The translations under genes were made by a program, and so were the position numbers. Shown piece by piece: positions 40,165-53,333 of a stretch of DNA of 64,000 nucleotides. The stretch is from the NCBI GenBank assembly GCA_964016885.1, contig OZ024745.1, forward strand, positions 62,558,001-62,622,000, in the 5' to 3' direction. The notes under the pieces were generated by a model. That model had not been told where the DNA came from. It did no database searches and was given only the letters and a program-made list of their open reading frames with translations. The stretch's first letter is position 1. The number at the start of each line of letters is the position of its first letter. Source of the stretch: Eledone cirrhosa (taxonomy: Eukaryota).

Positions 40165-43121
40165 ATAGACAGAGAGAGGGAGAGAATATTTAAGTATCTA
40201 GAGAAAAAAGAAGAGATAGGCGATACATGTAGTATTTGCCTGTAGCATATGCAAAAGGTGCTCAATACTTGTGCGTGCAGTGTTAAATATTAGAAGTGTT
40301 AATATCTAGTGGGCGAGAAAATCACAAGAGCGGATACACGTGGAGAAGTATATAAAGGAGAACAAACCGTTAAGACATGTTTATTTAAAATAGCACCTAC
40401 GTACGTTTCGCCCGAATAGGCTTCTCAAGGGCATAAAGAACAAAAAAAGCGTTCCTTACATGACCCAGAATGGGTTTTAGAGATAAGTTCACATCACAGT
40501 TTATTCTTCGTAAAAAACATGTATTGATTTTGCAGTAGGTCAAGGGAGATAACTCTAGCCGGTGTTAGAGCAGTGTTCTCCAGGCTACGTTTTACCCGTT
40601 ATTACTTTATGGTTACTGCTTTACCATTGTCGATTCACGCAGGGTAAGGGAAGCAAAGTTAGTTTCCAGATGTTTGTTTGCTGCGCCTGCCCGCCGGGGT
40701 CGATTCATGCCTGGTCTGAGATGCATGGTTGGTTTCCGGATGTTTTTTGCAGCGCCTGCCCGCCGAGGTCTTAAGGTTTTGGTGCAGGGTTTACGGTTTT
40801 CACGCCTCATTCCTATTCCAGCTGGAGTAACAGATTTTTAAGCGGTGCGTACAGCTTATCGTCGTTTCTTCTCGTTTCTGCTCGTGGGGTCCATGAGGCA
40901 AAGCTCGCACTTCCTCTTGAAATTGAACGATGCTGCTCTGCCGACAATTTCCCAGTGCGTGGAGAAGCTAATGGTTGAGTCTTTTAATGCGAGCGAAGTG
41001 GAGCGTCTTAGTTTCTTGTTTGCGAAAGAATGGAGATGTGTTCGAAATTTATTTTTGAGCGGGCCAGAGGTAGCCCCTATATAATGTTTAACGCTATTAT
41101 GGCTAGTTACGGTGCAACTATAAATAACCTTATCAGTCAGGCAGTTTCCTCTAAGAGGGCAGCGTCCCCTGTCACGGCAGTTGCAATTTCGGTCGCAGTC
41201 CCTTCTAGTTCCCAAGGTAAGGCTATTATTATTGATATCTATGTTGTTACCTACGCCCCTACACTTGTCATTGGTACCATTATAACCCACTGTGTGCAGA
41301 GTAGTACCATTATCATTCCGAACGCCACAACGCCTTCTGTTGTCGTTGGGTGACCCTTAAGGGTCACCTGCATATTCCCCAGTCATGTCGCGGTTATGTT
41401 GGTTGCGTCTGTAGTGGCTGTTGCCAGAACTATTGGATGCTACCTAGGGAGTCGTTAAGGCGGATATAGTTGTTGTCAGGTGTAGGTGTATCGGTGTCAA
41501 GGTGCTGTGTCTTGGTGATCTTACTGTGATTAGTAGTTCCTATGATGTCTGCTAGGTTAGGAGTAGTAGAGAAGGATATTTTTATATTGTTCCTATTAAG
41601 GATTTTCCTATATTTATGGTTGGGTGGGAAGTTCTTCTCTAAGGCTTCGAAGAATATCCGAGGTATGTCGGAGGCCACTCTCCGAGAGTATGGAGGATGG
41701 AACCATAGGACGTTACGGTTGCGATTCCGTGTCTTTGTATGTTTGCTAAGGGTTGTGCTATCAGGGTGGCCGGTCTTATGCATGTTATCGTGCTATAGCC
41801 CGTTACGTGTCCCTTTCGCTTTATGCTCGGGTGCACTCGGCTTCCTTCTGCTACGTTTATGTATAGGAAGACGCTGGTTGGAAGGCGTTTGTAGTAGGCC
41901 ATCGATTTTGTTGATCTTATAGTAGGGGAATAATTCGAGTAGGCTACAGTGGTCACTGTCACCGGGGTCGTGATCCTTATTGTGTGGTAAGCTACCAATA
42001 CTATCGCTTGTGTAATTGACATTGTGGCCGTGTTCCCTAGTGCAATTCTATATACTATTATTTCTGACTCTTTCAAAGCCGTCGCATGTTTAGTTATAGG
42101 TATGGTTTACTATAACATTAGTCTTATGAGAAGGGTGGTTTCTGGAGCTAGCATTAGGGATATAGGAGATTCTTCGGTTAAAACCGGCCCAAAGCTAGGC
42201 CTTATTGTAGTAATCTGCCGCTTGGTTGAAGATATTCTCATTGTCGGAGAGCCTCGAGATCCTATGTGAGATGCTATAAACTATCGAGTTGAGAGTCTGC
42301 TTAGGGTGGTTAGAGGTATAGTTAATATAAAATAGGCTCTCTCCGGGCTTATGGTATGGCTTGTATAGGCCCGTACTCAACTCCAGTGTCACGTAAAGGA
42401 AGTTGACAACCTGGTGGTTGAGGTCCATAGTTACAGATAGGCCGTATGACTTGAAGAATCTGTGTATGTGCATGTTAAGGTTCTCTATTCTGCGGGGGCT
42501 ATGCTTCCTAACGGTAAACAGGGCATTGTCTCTATATACACCTCCTTTTAGGGCCGGTATCTCGTCCCTATGTCTATGGAGGAAGGTATATTCCGACCAG
42601 GACGGTTGCTTGCGCCGAGTCACTGGACCCCATCATGATATCGAAGTTATCAGGACGGTTGGTTCGGGTCCAGTGGGAGCCTTCGAACTGGATAATGGTT
42701 CTACGTGCTTCTAGAACTATATCTATCTGGTTTTTAGTGAGGCTAGTGAGGATTTAGCTAAGATGAGTGCCTTATTTAAGAGTATAGGGGAGATAGAGGC
42801 GTAGTAACTATCTATGTCAAACTGGATGAACTTCAGGGTCGCTTTATCAGGTAACTCGGTGAAACAATCAATGACCTGGTCAGTGTTGCTCCAGAGACAG
42901 ACCTTAGCTTTTCTATTAAACTCCAGTAGTACTCTATCGAGGATCACTTTACTAATCTGTGATGTGAACTTATCTCTAAAACCCATTCTGGGCCATGTAA
43001 AGAACGCTTTATAGTTTTTTATGCCCTTGAGAAGCCCATTCGGGCAAAACGTACGTAGAGGCTATTTTAAATAAACATGTTTTAACGGTTTGTTCCCCTT
43101 TATATACTTCTCCACGTGTAT
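40165..43121 (-). mobile_element. PLE family E (YRDD/WFNPPYS type, probably Hydra group), 5'-truncated, with a short inverted 3' end at 43013-43121
   Basis: FIQFDIDSYYASIS, GVYRDNAL, VNFLYVTLEL, YINYTSNHP, WFHPPYS, CNCRDRGRCPL (CxCx5C), VIYSCTV..HYIGAT and KCELCL. Frameshifted. The clade name is from recollection of the CxCx5C linker and needs a phylogeny. Confidence 0.9.
40393..40434 (-). ncRNA. Minimal type I hammerhead ribozyme, U3-A8 variant, family E
   Basis: Minus strand: GCCC TTGAGAA GCC tattcg GGC GAA ACGTACGT A|GGTGC. The second copy at 43023-43062 (+) has GAAA mutated to AAAA. Confidence 0.75.
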
Positions 43122-43929
43122 ATATATATATATATTATGAATGTACCTTCTGACGAAATATTAGAGGTGTTAGTCATCTGATGTTCCACACGATCCACAT
43201 ATATTTAAGTAGTCTGAAAGACGGGATTCTGCACATGTCTTACCTTGCAAATTGGAAACACGAGAAGAGATAACATATCTGATATGGGGAGGCTACTCCA
43301 GTAATACCTTATCCATTCACTTCTGATTTCATCTGATAATATACTATTTCACATCATTATATTTGATTATATCACATCGGCATTCCCGTCCTCCCACAAC
43401 AACATATGTGTCAAGATCGCATGCTCTCCGCAACACATTCTCTTATTTTCAATTACTCTATTAATATAACTCACTGTTACAATTCCTATACATACCTATA
43501 TGTATGCATATACGCATGCGTGGGTAGCTGAAAATGAGAATATATATATGCTAAGTAAAATAATTTACTTCCATCTTCATTTTTGAAATTATTTCTGGGC
43601 TGGTGCTTCACCATACAAGAAACAAGGCCACCTATATTTTTTTCTACGTGATTATTGCTTCTTAAGCATTTATTTCAAAACAACGGAGTCAATCATTCTA
43701 CGTAACAGCTATAATAAGAAAAAAATATATATTACTCCACACGTGTACTAAACTTTTTTCACTTGCAAGTATAGACACACATGCAAATTCACTCACATAC
43801 ACGTACGCATGTATACTCGCGCACAGGCACGCATACGCACACACGCACATATAAGTATATATGAATACCGGTTAACTAAGAAAGCATTAAGAAACTTTGA
43901 AATGTATGCGTCCCAACGGAAAGAACCAT

Positions 43930-44113
43930 AATAATTGTTTCTACTTTTGGCACAAGGCCAGCAATTACCCAGTGAATTACTGGTACTTTATTTTATCGAC
44001 CCCGTAAGGATGAAAAGGCAAAGTTAACCTCGGCGGGATTTGAACTCAGAATGGAAAGGGCCGTAACTCTTTGCGTTAAAGCATGGCGTCCGACTCTCTA
44101 CTGATACTGCCAA
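43930..44113 (-). mobile_element. SINE, full length
   Basis: Matches the consensus. Confidence 0.9.
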
Positions 44114-44492
44114 TACACCATAATAATGCTAGTCGTCCACTCAGTATTTTTTGTAATTGTTACCCTTTTTATTGACTCATTGGACTTGACCACACAGTGG
44201 TATCATTGGTATTAACATTGGTGTATGTATTCATCAAACTTATTTGCTGTATCTTACCATCAGCCTTTTTAGTATATTTACTGGTAAACATATATTGCCG
44301 TTTACATTATTCATAGCTTAATGAGCGAGTACAATAGAATATCCCCTCGTTGGCGAGTAGCGCAAGGATGTTCTTAATTTTAGATGATTACGATATCTTC
44401 AATATATTTGCTGAATAGAAAGTAATAAAATTTGCCAATATATTAAAGGCGTAGATAATACAATACATGATAGTTTCTAGAAAGCGTTATTA

Positions 44493-44501
44493 GGTAGTAG
44501 T

Positions 44502-44572
<71 letters not shown>
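44493..44572. repeat. (TAG)n/(CAG)n compound trinucleotide repeat
   Basis: Directly visible. Confidence 0.97.
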
Positions 44573-44573
<1 letters not shown>

Positions 44574-44663
44574 TGTAAGGCTCTCTCAAATTAAAATCTC
44601 TCATATTAATTTTTCCAGATATGTCAAATGAAATATTAACACAACACAAATACTTGTATATTT

Positions 44664-44771
44664 TTTCTCTGAAGCAACTATGCTTATGCATGTATGTTCT
44701 TCTGGTTTTATAATTTCACAAATTTTTTACCAGAAGAACATATATGCATAAGCGTAGTTGCTTCAGAGAAA
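44664..44771. repeat. 43-bp inverted repeat with a 22-nt spacer
   Basis: Arms 44664-44706 / 44729-44771, with 2 mismatches. Confidence 0.85.
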
Positions 44772-44816
44772 GTATGTATGTATAAATGTATGTTTGAATG
44801 TATGTATGTATGAATC

Positions 44817-45300
44817 AGGTCTCTCTTCAGCCCTACTGGTAACTAGTAACTCAGTATAACCAGGGCATGGTCGGGTTCTAGGCGACTAAATCAGCAGCCG
44901 CAACAAGCTTGCTTGGTGAAGTGGATGATTTCGGACACCCTGCGGGAGGAAAAACTAAACCGGTCAAAGGGCAGAGGAACTCAGGAGAGTCAATAACCAT
45001 CCAATAATTTGTTGTTTTGTGGAGCGGGAGACTCCTCGTCTTTATTAAGACATCTCTCTTGTAGAAGGTCACTCTGATTTAAAACCTGCGATTTCGTTTG
45101 CATCCAAAGCGTATCGAATAGAATGGACACAGCTTCGGTCATTTCCGGAGTCCGCATTCTTGGAATGGAAAGGACTGTGTGGAGAGAGAGTACACCACGT
45201 TGATTGACACAAGTGAATATAGTAGTAATCCTCAACTTTCATGACGTGTGACCCCACATCAATGACAGAGTAAGCCAGACCTGACCATTTACAGGGAACA
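44817..45300 (+). mobile_element. Probable RTE LINE 5' UTR and start of APE
   Basis: GTAGAAGGTCACTCTGATTTAAAACC resembles the common RTE 5' UTR motif. RILGMERTV resembles RIGTWNVRT. Confidence 0.45.
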
Positions 45301-45968
45301 CACGTTGTTGTTGATTCAAACTATATACACTTGTGTGTATGTGTGCGTGTGTGTTCGAGTCTATGAGCCTATAAAGATGCACGTGTGTTTGTGTGTGTCT
45401 GTGTAAGTATGGATATATCACTTTATGTACGTATAGGTCTATAGTGTATTGTAAAAAAAATATATAATATCCCGCAAAATTTAGAAAACATTTCTATACG
45501 AAACACGAATATGTTGGTCTGAATATATTGCGACATAGCTATAAACTCTACTCTGTAATACGAACTGAAATTTAAAATATTCCTACTGAAAAAATTGTAG
45601 TCGTTTCTGGGTACGACTAAACAAACAAAACAGGAGGAAATTCCAGTAAATCAACAATCGAAATCATTAATCATTCATCAAAATTATAATACTTTCAAAA
45701 TATTTCGAGAATCGAGTAAGACAATTATATATTTAATAAACCGATTATTATGGGAAGATAAATGAGCATCGTCATGAATTAAATATATACATATATATAT
45801 TTGTTTATCTTTTAGTTTTACCACGTATCAGTGTTTTCTTACCTATGCCCTAGGAATTATCATGCGTTGCTATGATTAATGACTAGATAGACAACAATCA
45901 TTATATGCATGTACACACACATACACACACACACACACACGCGCGCGCGCACATACACATATGTATAT

Positions 45969-46013
<45 letters not shown>

Positions 46014-46014
46014 C

Positions 46015-46082
<68 letters not shown>

Positions 46083-46128
46083 AACCAATATATATATATA
46101 TATATCAGTATATATATATATCAAACCA

Positions 46129-46164
<36 letters not shown>

Positions 46165-46215
46165 ACCAAACTTATACTAGAGTGTATATATATATATATA
46201 TATATACATACGTGT

Positions 46216-46312
<97 letters not shown>

Positions 46313-46356
46313 TGAAAAAGAACAAAGGAACTATTATGACATTATAACGAGTTTAT

Positions 46357-46403
46357 TGCCGACAGCCGTTTCGTCCGACCATATGGTGGGACTTTTCAAG
46401 GCA
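46357..46403 (-). ncRNA. Type I hammerhead ribozyme, U3-A8 variant, family D left arm
   Basis: Exact reverse complement of 48078-48124. Confidence 0.85.
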
Positions 46404-48077
46404 TATAACATGTGATTGTAGGATCAGTATTTACATCAACGTATTACTCAAGGCTAGCAGTTTGAAATTGTGGTATACATCAGCAGCTCCACTTGTATAG
46501 TTGGGGTCTATATTCTAAGGGGGCTCTTTTATATTAGTTGTCGGGGTCAGGGATTGAAGGTTAAAAATTAGATAATATATAATTTAGATAATATATAATT
46601 TACGCATTAACAGTAAACTAAAAGACTTGGGATCCCGTAGAAGCACCTTAAAAAATCCCTCAATAAGTGCATAAAGCTTACAGGCTCCAATAAGCCTAAT
46701 AAACTAGAAGAAATTAAGAGGCTAATAAAATAAAAAATAAAAATAAAAATATAAAGTTTCCCTAAAAAATTTCCTATGAAATTCCTTCGAGAGAAAAAAA
46801 TCTTTTTCCCAAAGAAAAAAAACTTTCTTCCCCCGAGATCACGTTTACAAATTTCTGAAAACTTACGGAGTTTTGATATTCCCTACTAAGTTGAAAGAAA
46901 CTAATCACTTAAAGGTTAATTCAAAGAGCCTTCTATAAATCTCTCAGAAAAGGCCCCTTTAATATTTTTAATAGGAACTTCCTCCGAGAGACCCTTCGAA
47001 GAATTAAAATTTTAGAGAGCCTTTAAGGATATATATTTGCCTGACTGTTAATAGTGTATTGATTACTGGTTAATTAGGCAGGAATATATTATATATTATT
47101 ATGTCTTTGTTAATCCTGTATCAATAATTTTATGTTAATTTTATGATAATTTTTTGTGATAATACATTGTTGGATTACTGAAGCTACCTTATACCTTCTT
47201 AAAAATACATGTTATAATTATTGTCTTTTTGCTTATGTATTTTCTTATTTACCACTTTCTTTAATCTTGCCCAACTTGATAAACTTTTTGAATTGCTCCC
47301 TAATTAAATGACTTAAATTACTTAAATTATTGTATGTATTATGCCTAAGTTGTATCTGTTGAAGCAACCCTTTGAAAATTCCTCGGATATCCCAAATACC
47401 GTAATTTTTAACTTTTAATGTATAATTTTCCTCAATTCGTTTTTATATATATCCTTAAAGGCTCTCTAAAATTTTAATTCTTCGAAGGGTCTCTCGGAGG
47501 AAGTTCCTATTAAAAATATTAAAGGGGCCTTTTCTGAGAGATTTATAGAAGGCTCTTTGAATTAACCTTTAAGTGATTAGTTTCTTTCAACTTAGTAGGG
47601 AATATCAAAACTCCGTAAGTTTTCAGAAATTTGTAAACGTGATCTCGGGGGAGGAAATTTTTTTTTCTTTGGGAAAAATATTTTTTTCTCTCGAAGGAAT
47701 TTTATAGGAAACTTTATATTTTTTAGGGAAGCTTTATATTTTTATTTTTATTTTTTATTTTATTAGCCTCTTAATTTCTTCTAGTTTATTAGGCTTATTG
47801 GAGCCTGTAAGCTTTATGCACTTATTGAGGGATTTTTTAAGGTGCTTCTACGGGATCCCAAGTCTTTTAGTTTACTGATAATGCGTAAATTGTATATTAT
47901 CTAAATTATATATTATCTAATTTTTAACCTTCAATCCCTGACCCCGAAAACTGATATAAAAGAGCCCCCTTAGAATATAGACCCCAACTATACAAGCGGA
48001 GCTGCTGATGTATACCACAATTTCAAACTGCTAGCCTTGAGTGATACGTTGATGTAAATAATGATCCTACAATCACA

Positions 48078-48124
48078 TGCCTTGAAAAGTCCCACCATAT
48101 GGTCGGACGAAACGGCTGTCGGCA
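48078..48124 (+). ncRNA. Type I hammerhead ribozyme, U3-A8 variant, family D right arm
   Basis: TGCC TTGAAAA GTCC cACCatatGGTc GGAC GAA ACGGCTGT C|GGCA. All three stems form, with a GUC triplet and predicted cleavage after 48120. Confidence 0.87.
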
Positions 48125-48270
48125 ATAAACTCGTTATAATGTCATAATAGTTCCTTTGTTCTTTTTCACTAATATTTCTGCTCTGCGTATACGCTTAACT
48201 AGCTACCGTCACATATTTGGTAGGTCAGACGTGATCATCGCGATTAACATACGACCTACCATACATCTTG

Positions 48271-48380
<110 letters not shown>

Positions 48381-48509
48381 CGTATGTATATGTAAATATA
48401 TATATATACACTCTAGTATAAGTTTGGTAGACATATACAAGGGTATAAGCACCCAGCCTATAGGCCGAGTTATGTATAATTAGTTATCGATTCGTGGTTC
48501 AGATAACGG

Positions 48510-48900
48510 CTTTTCAATCGGCTCTTGGACATTCCGACATAAGTCCAAGGTTCAGTTTGGTGGTGTTTGTTGGTGGAAGGCTATTGCGTTTGCCGATGAT
48601 GTAGTCTTTAATTTTATTTGCACATGAGTAACCCATTTTCACTGTGTAACAATTGACGTGGGAAGGATTCTCCAAACCAGTCCCATGCTGCATTTCATCA
48701 CGGTCCCCAATAACGATTGTGAGACCAGCTCTGCTTTTTTCGATTTCAATGAAATGCATCTCTACTTTAACGTTCTCTTCTCGATTGCTGCCATCACCTA
48801 CAATAGACAATTATGTTGGCCCTGGTTTTCTCTCTGTTTATTAGTTTGCCAGCGTAGGCCAAATGAGTTCATTTATTCGAGATGTCGAATTGCCGAATAA
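48510..48900 (+). mobile_element. Decayed non-LTR RT fragment (R2/NeSL-like)
   Basis: KAIAFADDVV, with FADD at 48589-48600. The surrounding frame is broken. Confidence 0.5.
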
Positions 48901-49605
48901 AAAAAAAAGAAAAGAAATTAAAGGAATCAAATTAAACAAGATCTAAAATAGATGGAGGTGGACACATAGAGGGTCCAGTGAAAGACCACGCAATAATATG
49001 AACTGTATTAAATTAAGTTAATTGTATCCATTTGTAATACAGACAATTCCACAAACACGAATCAAAATTAGTTCTATTATTTAATACAATTAATTAGTTA
49101 TATCTTTCCGCCGAAAGAAAAGCAACAACAATATTTTCTTTCTAAATAGTTGTAGGTTGTATTTAGATATAACCAGGGAACATAATATTGTAAGAGCAAT
49201 AATAAGATTAAACTAAAGACGTTTGACAATTTTGATAATAATGGGTCGTTGAAAAATATAATAAAATCACGGATGATTATATCAATTGTGTGAAGGCCAC
49301 AGGTGCTGAAGAGTGGTCTTAAAACAACACTTAAGATAAAATGATTAAGATATATTGATTACTTTTTATCAGCTCAATAGCAGCATGGTGTGTAAAGTAG
49401 ATGTTTTATCAGGTGTATTTATCAAAACGGCTTATTACCATATAAGAATGGGTGAAAATATGTGAACTTCAAGGAAAGAAATCCATTCCTCGTACACATA
49501 TACATAAATAAATGAATAAATACACATACATGCCTGCGCGCCCACGCGCACGCACCCACGCGCACGCACCCACGCACACGTATATATATACACACACACA
49601 CACAC

Positions 49606-49649
<44 letters not shown>

Positions 49650-49671
49650 TTGTCTGTGTGTGTATCCTTCC

Positions 49672-49710
49672 TTCTCTGATGAAACTGGGTAAACAGGTGA
49701 AACTCCAGAA
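49672..49710 (+). ncRNA. Degenerate HHR between TA arrays
   Basis: TTCT CTGATGA AaCTG ggtaaa CAGgT GAAA CTCC AGAA. Stem I and the core are intact; stem III is damaged. Confidence 0.5.
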
Positions 49711-49740
49711 CAACAAGACAGAATATCAGCCTTAATAAAA

Positions 49741-49787
<47 letters not shown>

Positions 49788-49886
49788 TAGCACTACTTTT
49801 CTTAACTATTGGAGCGCTTGCCAGCATGTTTACGATTTTGCGTTTCGTTTCGCTTTTTCTATCAGCCGAAATACGATTCTCGCTGA

Positions 49887-49966
<80 letters not shown>

Positions 49967-50262
49967 TGGGAGGCCCCTATCTCACCGATGACCATTTGTT
50001 TGCACCTAGAATGTTCCCTTCGAGGTGCAAGCCTGGGCAAAGTTTGTTTGTGCAAGACCAGCAGTCGTCCATGCATACCAGTCTGCATTCACCAGGCCTC
50101 CAATGCTGTCCAACGGAAAGGTAGAAGGCGATACAGCTTGGCACCAGTGACTTCGCAACTATCTTCTACAGCTGAGATAAATTGGACAAAACTAATCAAC
50201 CGGTCAAAGGATCGAATTTACGATCTGTCAGTTGCAAACCGAACGCTCCAACCACTAAACCT
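49967..50262 (-). mobile_element. Second SINE family (octopus OR/CORE-like), diverged
   Basis: GATACAGCTTGGCACCAGTGAC..CTACAGCTGAG block, recognised from octopus SINEs. A tRNA-like head lies at about 50200-50262. Confidence 0.65.
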
Positions 50263-50384
50263 TCAAAACACACGCACACACACATGTGTGTGTGCGTTTG
50301 TGTGTGTGTGTGTGTAACGTTTGTATATGCACACCAATATGTCGTTAAGGGTGTTGTTTAAACAATAGTCGTATTATAACAGTC

Positions 50385-50492
50385 AGCCGAGGTTAACTTT
50401 GCCTTTCATCCTTACGGGGTCGATAAAATAAAGTACCAGTAATAGACTAGGTAATTGATGGCCTTGTGCCAAAAAAGTAGAAACAATTATTA
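50385..50492 (+). mobile_element. SINE, 5'-truncated
   Basis: Matches the consensus. Confidence 0.88.
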
Positions 50493-50879
50493 TTGAAATT
50501 GTGATAAATAACTTTTGACGAAGTAATATCTATTAAAAGGATGCCATTGAACGTTTCAGATAAATCGAAAGGGGAATTTGCGATGCATTCTTTCTGGAAT
50601 AAAGCAATACAGTCGTTGTTATTTTTTTGTTTTTATGATGTCCATGTAGTTTTACATTTTTTTCTGTTTTTGCCCCAATTGTTTAGTTATAGCGAAAATT
50701 AGGCGACCACAATCTAAGCCACTTATCAATTCATACCTCTTTAGCGATATACGATCAATGCTAGAAAATTTGCTTTCTTATGTATTACTGTTTTTTTTTA
50801 AAAATAATTGTAATCTTATAATTCACTAAAATGTATACATGTTCCTCCCTTTTATTTCTTTATCTTCACAGGCTTGGTT

Positions 50880-51950
50880 AGTTGTTGATGAAGTTTTGTT
50901 CAATTTTGTTATGATTTATGTATTCTCCAATGATATAACAGGATTCAGTGAACGTTCTTCCGCCTGACATCTGTTCGGCTCTTAGGTCCAGTAAACACCA
51001 GCTCAAAACTGTTACGGCTAGTCTGCAACTGATTAAAGCACACATGACACTCTTCTTCTTGAAGAATTTATTCACCATGCCCCTTGCAGCAATCTTGCAT
51101 CCCTCCTCATGAATATTGAAGTGTGTATCCGGCGCACTGTCATCATGCAACGTTAAGAGTCCTCATAAACAAGGTCAACTACAACAAAATAGAGTCTACT
51201 TTGATCGGAAATGGGAGACGGCATACTGGAGCCGGTACCATCTTCTCTTTGTAGTCCACACAAAGCAATTGGGATATCATCGTATGTGAGATGGCCTAGA
51301 GCGCCTGCTTGAAAAGCACCGCCTGAAATGCTTTCGCTCGACCTCCGAATCCGATAGCAGTGCCTGGCTGAACGTCGTACCCATACTTTCAACGGGAAGC
51401 CACATAGACAGCGTATCTGTGCATGTGTTTCTCTGCGGCTTCACATCCTAATTAGTGAGCCACACTTATGATACTGTAGATCCAATTTGGATACGTTCAG
51501 CCCTCCCCCACTGCCATGCCGCGCAGCACAGACCGCCTCCCATGCTATGCCGTTTTCACCGAAATCATACGATATGATGTGGACGCAGGAGTGCTCCTCT
51601 CGCAGCTGAAGCACCGGAGAGGAAGGCAAAGGCCGGAGTAATAATGTCTCCAGCGAAAACCCGGTTCATTGAGAAAGAGCAAGCAGTATAAGTATCAGCC
51701 GAACACAGGCAAGTGATTTGTTGAAACTATAGTAACGAAGACGCCATGCGTTCTTTCTCTCCGGACCACCTCTCTACTCATCTTTACTATCGGGGTGGAA
51801 TCGGTCAAATGTTAGGGGTCACCATCCTAGCAAACGCTTTCGCCTTTTTGTCCACCGGTACAACGAGGCGGCCAGCACCCTTACACGACATAGTGAGCTA
51901 CCCGACAATCTTCGGCTCTGCACCATTGGCATAGCGTTGTTTGAGCAGGT
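50880..51950 (-). mobile_element. Decayed L1/Tx1-like LINE, post-RT region
   Basis: IAWEAVCAARHGSGGGLNVSKL (cf. VAWxxxCxPKxxGGLGI). GC-richer than the flanks, with broken ORFs. Confidence 0.5.
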
Positions 51951-53019
51951 ATTTAGAATTTAAGGCAACGTTGAAATTAACTAAATTGTGACGCGGATTG
52001 TATTAACATAGATAACCAACAAATGTTACCTTTTCAAGAGATACATTTTCAAAATCCAGCAATGTTTAAACTATGGCTTATAACTCTACTAATATTACTT
52101 CATACACCACATTATCGTAGCTTAGCAAATCGAAGCCTTCATGAATTTGCGACTGGATACTCTTTTCTCGCCAAAATATAATCAAAGTTTAATTTCGACT
52201 GTCGTACTTGTTAAAGATCTCAGGTATATAACTATTTCGTCTGTATTTAATCGCCTGTACTTGTTGTTTTCATTTGAGAAGACATAAGTCTTTCCACATC
52301 CACGTTTCTTTAGCTGGGAACCAAATACTGTAGGCTTGTAATTTGCATACAGGGATCACATTTAATAATTCTATTATCAACCTTTCTATAAGTTGTGTAA
52401 TATATTTTCTCATATTTCATATGATTTTAAAATATAAAGGATTATTTATGCATGAAGTGACACGATGGCTAAATGGACACTATATTTCGTTTCGCATATG
52501 CATTCTGTCCTAATTTTTGTTGAACGTCATTGTCAGGTTCAAGGTATACGATTGGTATAACATTACCTTCTTGAAAGCATAATGAATTACCGAAAGTTTC
52601 GTCATCATTGACTATTTATGTTTTGTCTGTATTTGTTATATCATCTCTTTAAATTTAATATATGAGTTTATATAATATTCCTGAAATAAGTTGTCTATTT
52701 ATGTTCTCGTAAATACTGTAGCCCGTTCCGTAAATTCGCCCAGCTTTTTGTAAAGCATCAAGCACATGTCACATCTTAGAACATCTTTCTCATATTGAAG
52801 TATTTTCATTAAAAAATGGCGACGTATATTATCATTTAGATATGTCTTTTCTGTATTAGAAATTGTGTCGCTCTTATCTTTCTATCCTGTTAAATTCACT
52901 TTCGTTTGAACACGTCATAATTGTCAATAAAACAGATAAGGAATCATAGTGTAAGCGTTTAAGATTAACTGTTCTTTTCTGATAGTGGGAAATCCTGTCA
53001 TTATATTTCAGATCATTAT

Positions 53020-53333
53020 TTCTGAGTTCAAATCCCGCCGAGGTTAACTTTGCCTTTCATCCTTACGGGGTGGATAAAATAAAGTACCAGTAATGCACTG
53101 GGTAATTGCTGGCCTTGTGCCAAAAGTAGAAACAATTATTATTGTGAATTGGCAGTATCGGTAGAGGGTCGGACACCATGCTTTGACGCATAGAGTTACG
53201 GCCCTTGCCATTCTGAGTTCAAATCCCGCCGAGGTTAACTTTGCCTTTCATCCTTACGGGGTCGATAAAATAAAGTACCAGTAATGTACTGGATAATTGC
53301 TGGCCTTGTTCCAATAGTAGAAACAATTATTAT
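53020..53333 (+). mobile_element. Two tandem SINE copies (truncated, then full length)
   Basis: Match the consensus: box A TGGCAGTATCGG and box B GAGTTCAAATCC. Confidence 0.9.

Noticed and set aside
47036-48175. A-to-G differences in the sense arm of family D as a possible ADAR footprint
   Set aside because: Only about 3 of roughly 10 substitutions counted by eye, which is not distinguishable from background.
53147-53230. tRNA-like box A and box B
   Set aside because: This is the head of a multicopy SINE, with no cloverleaf.
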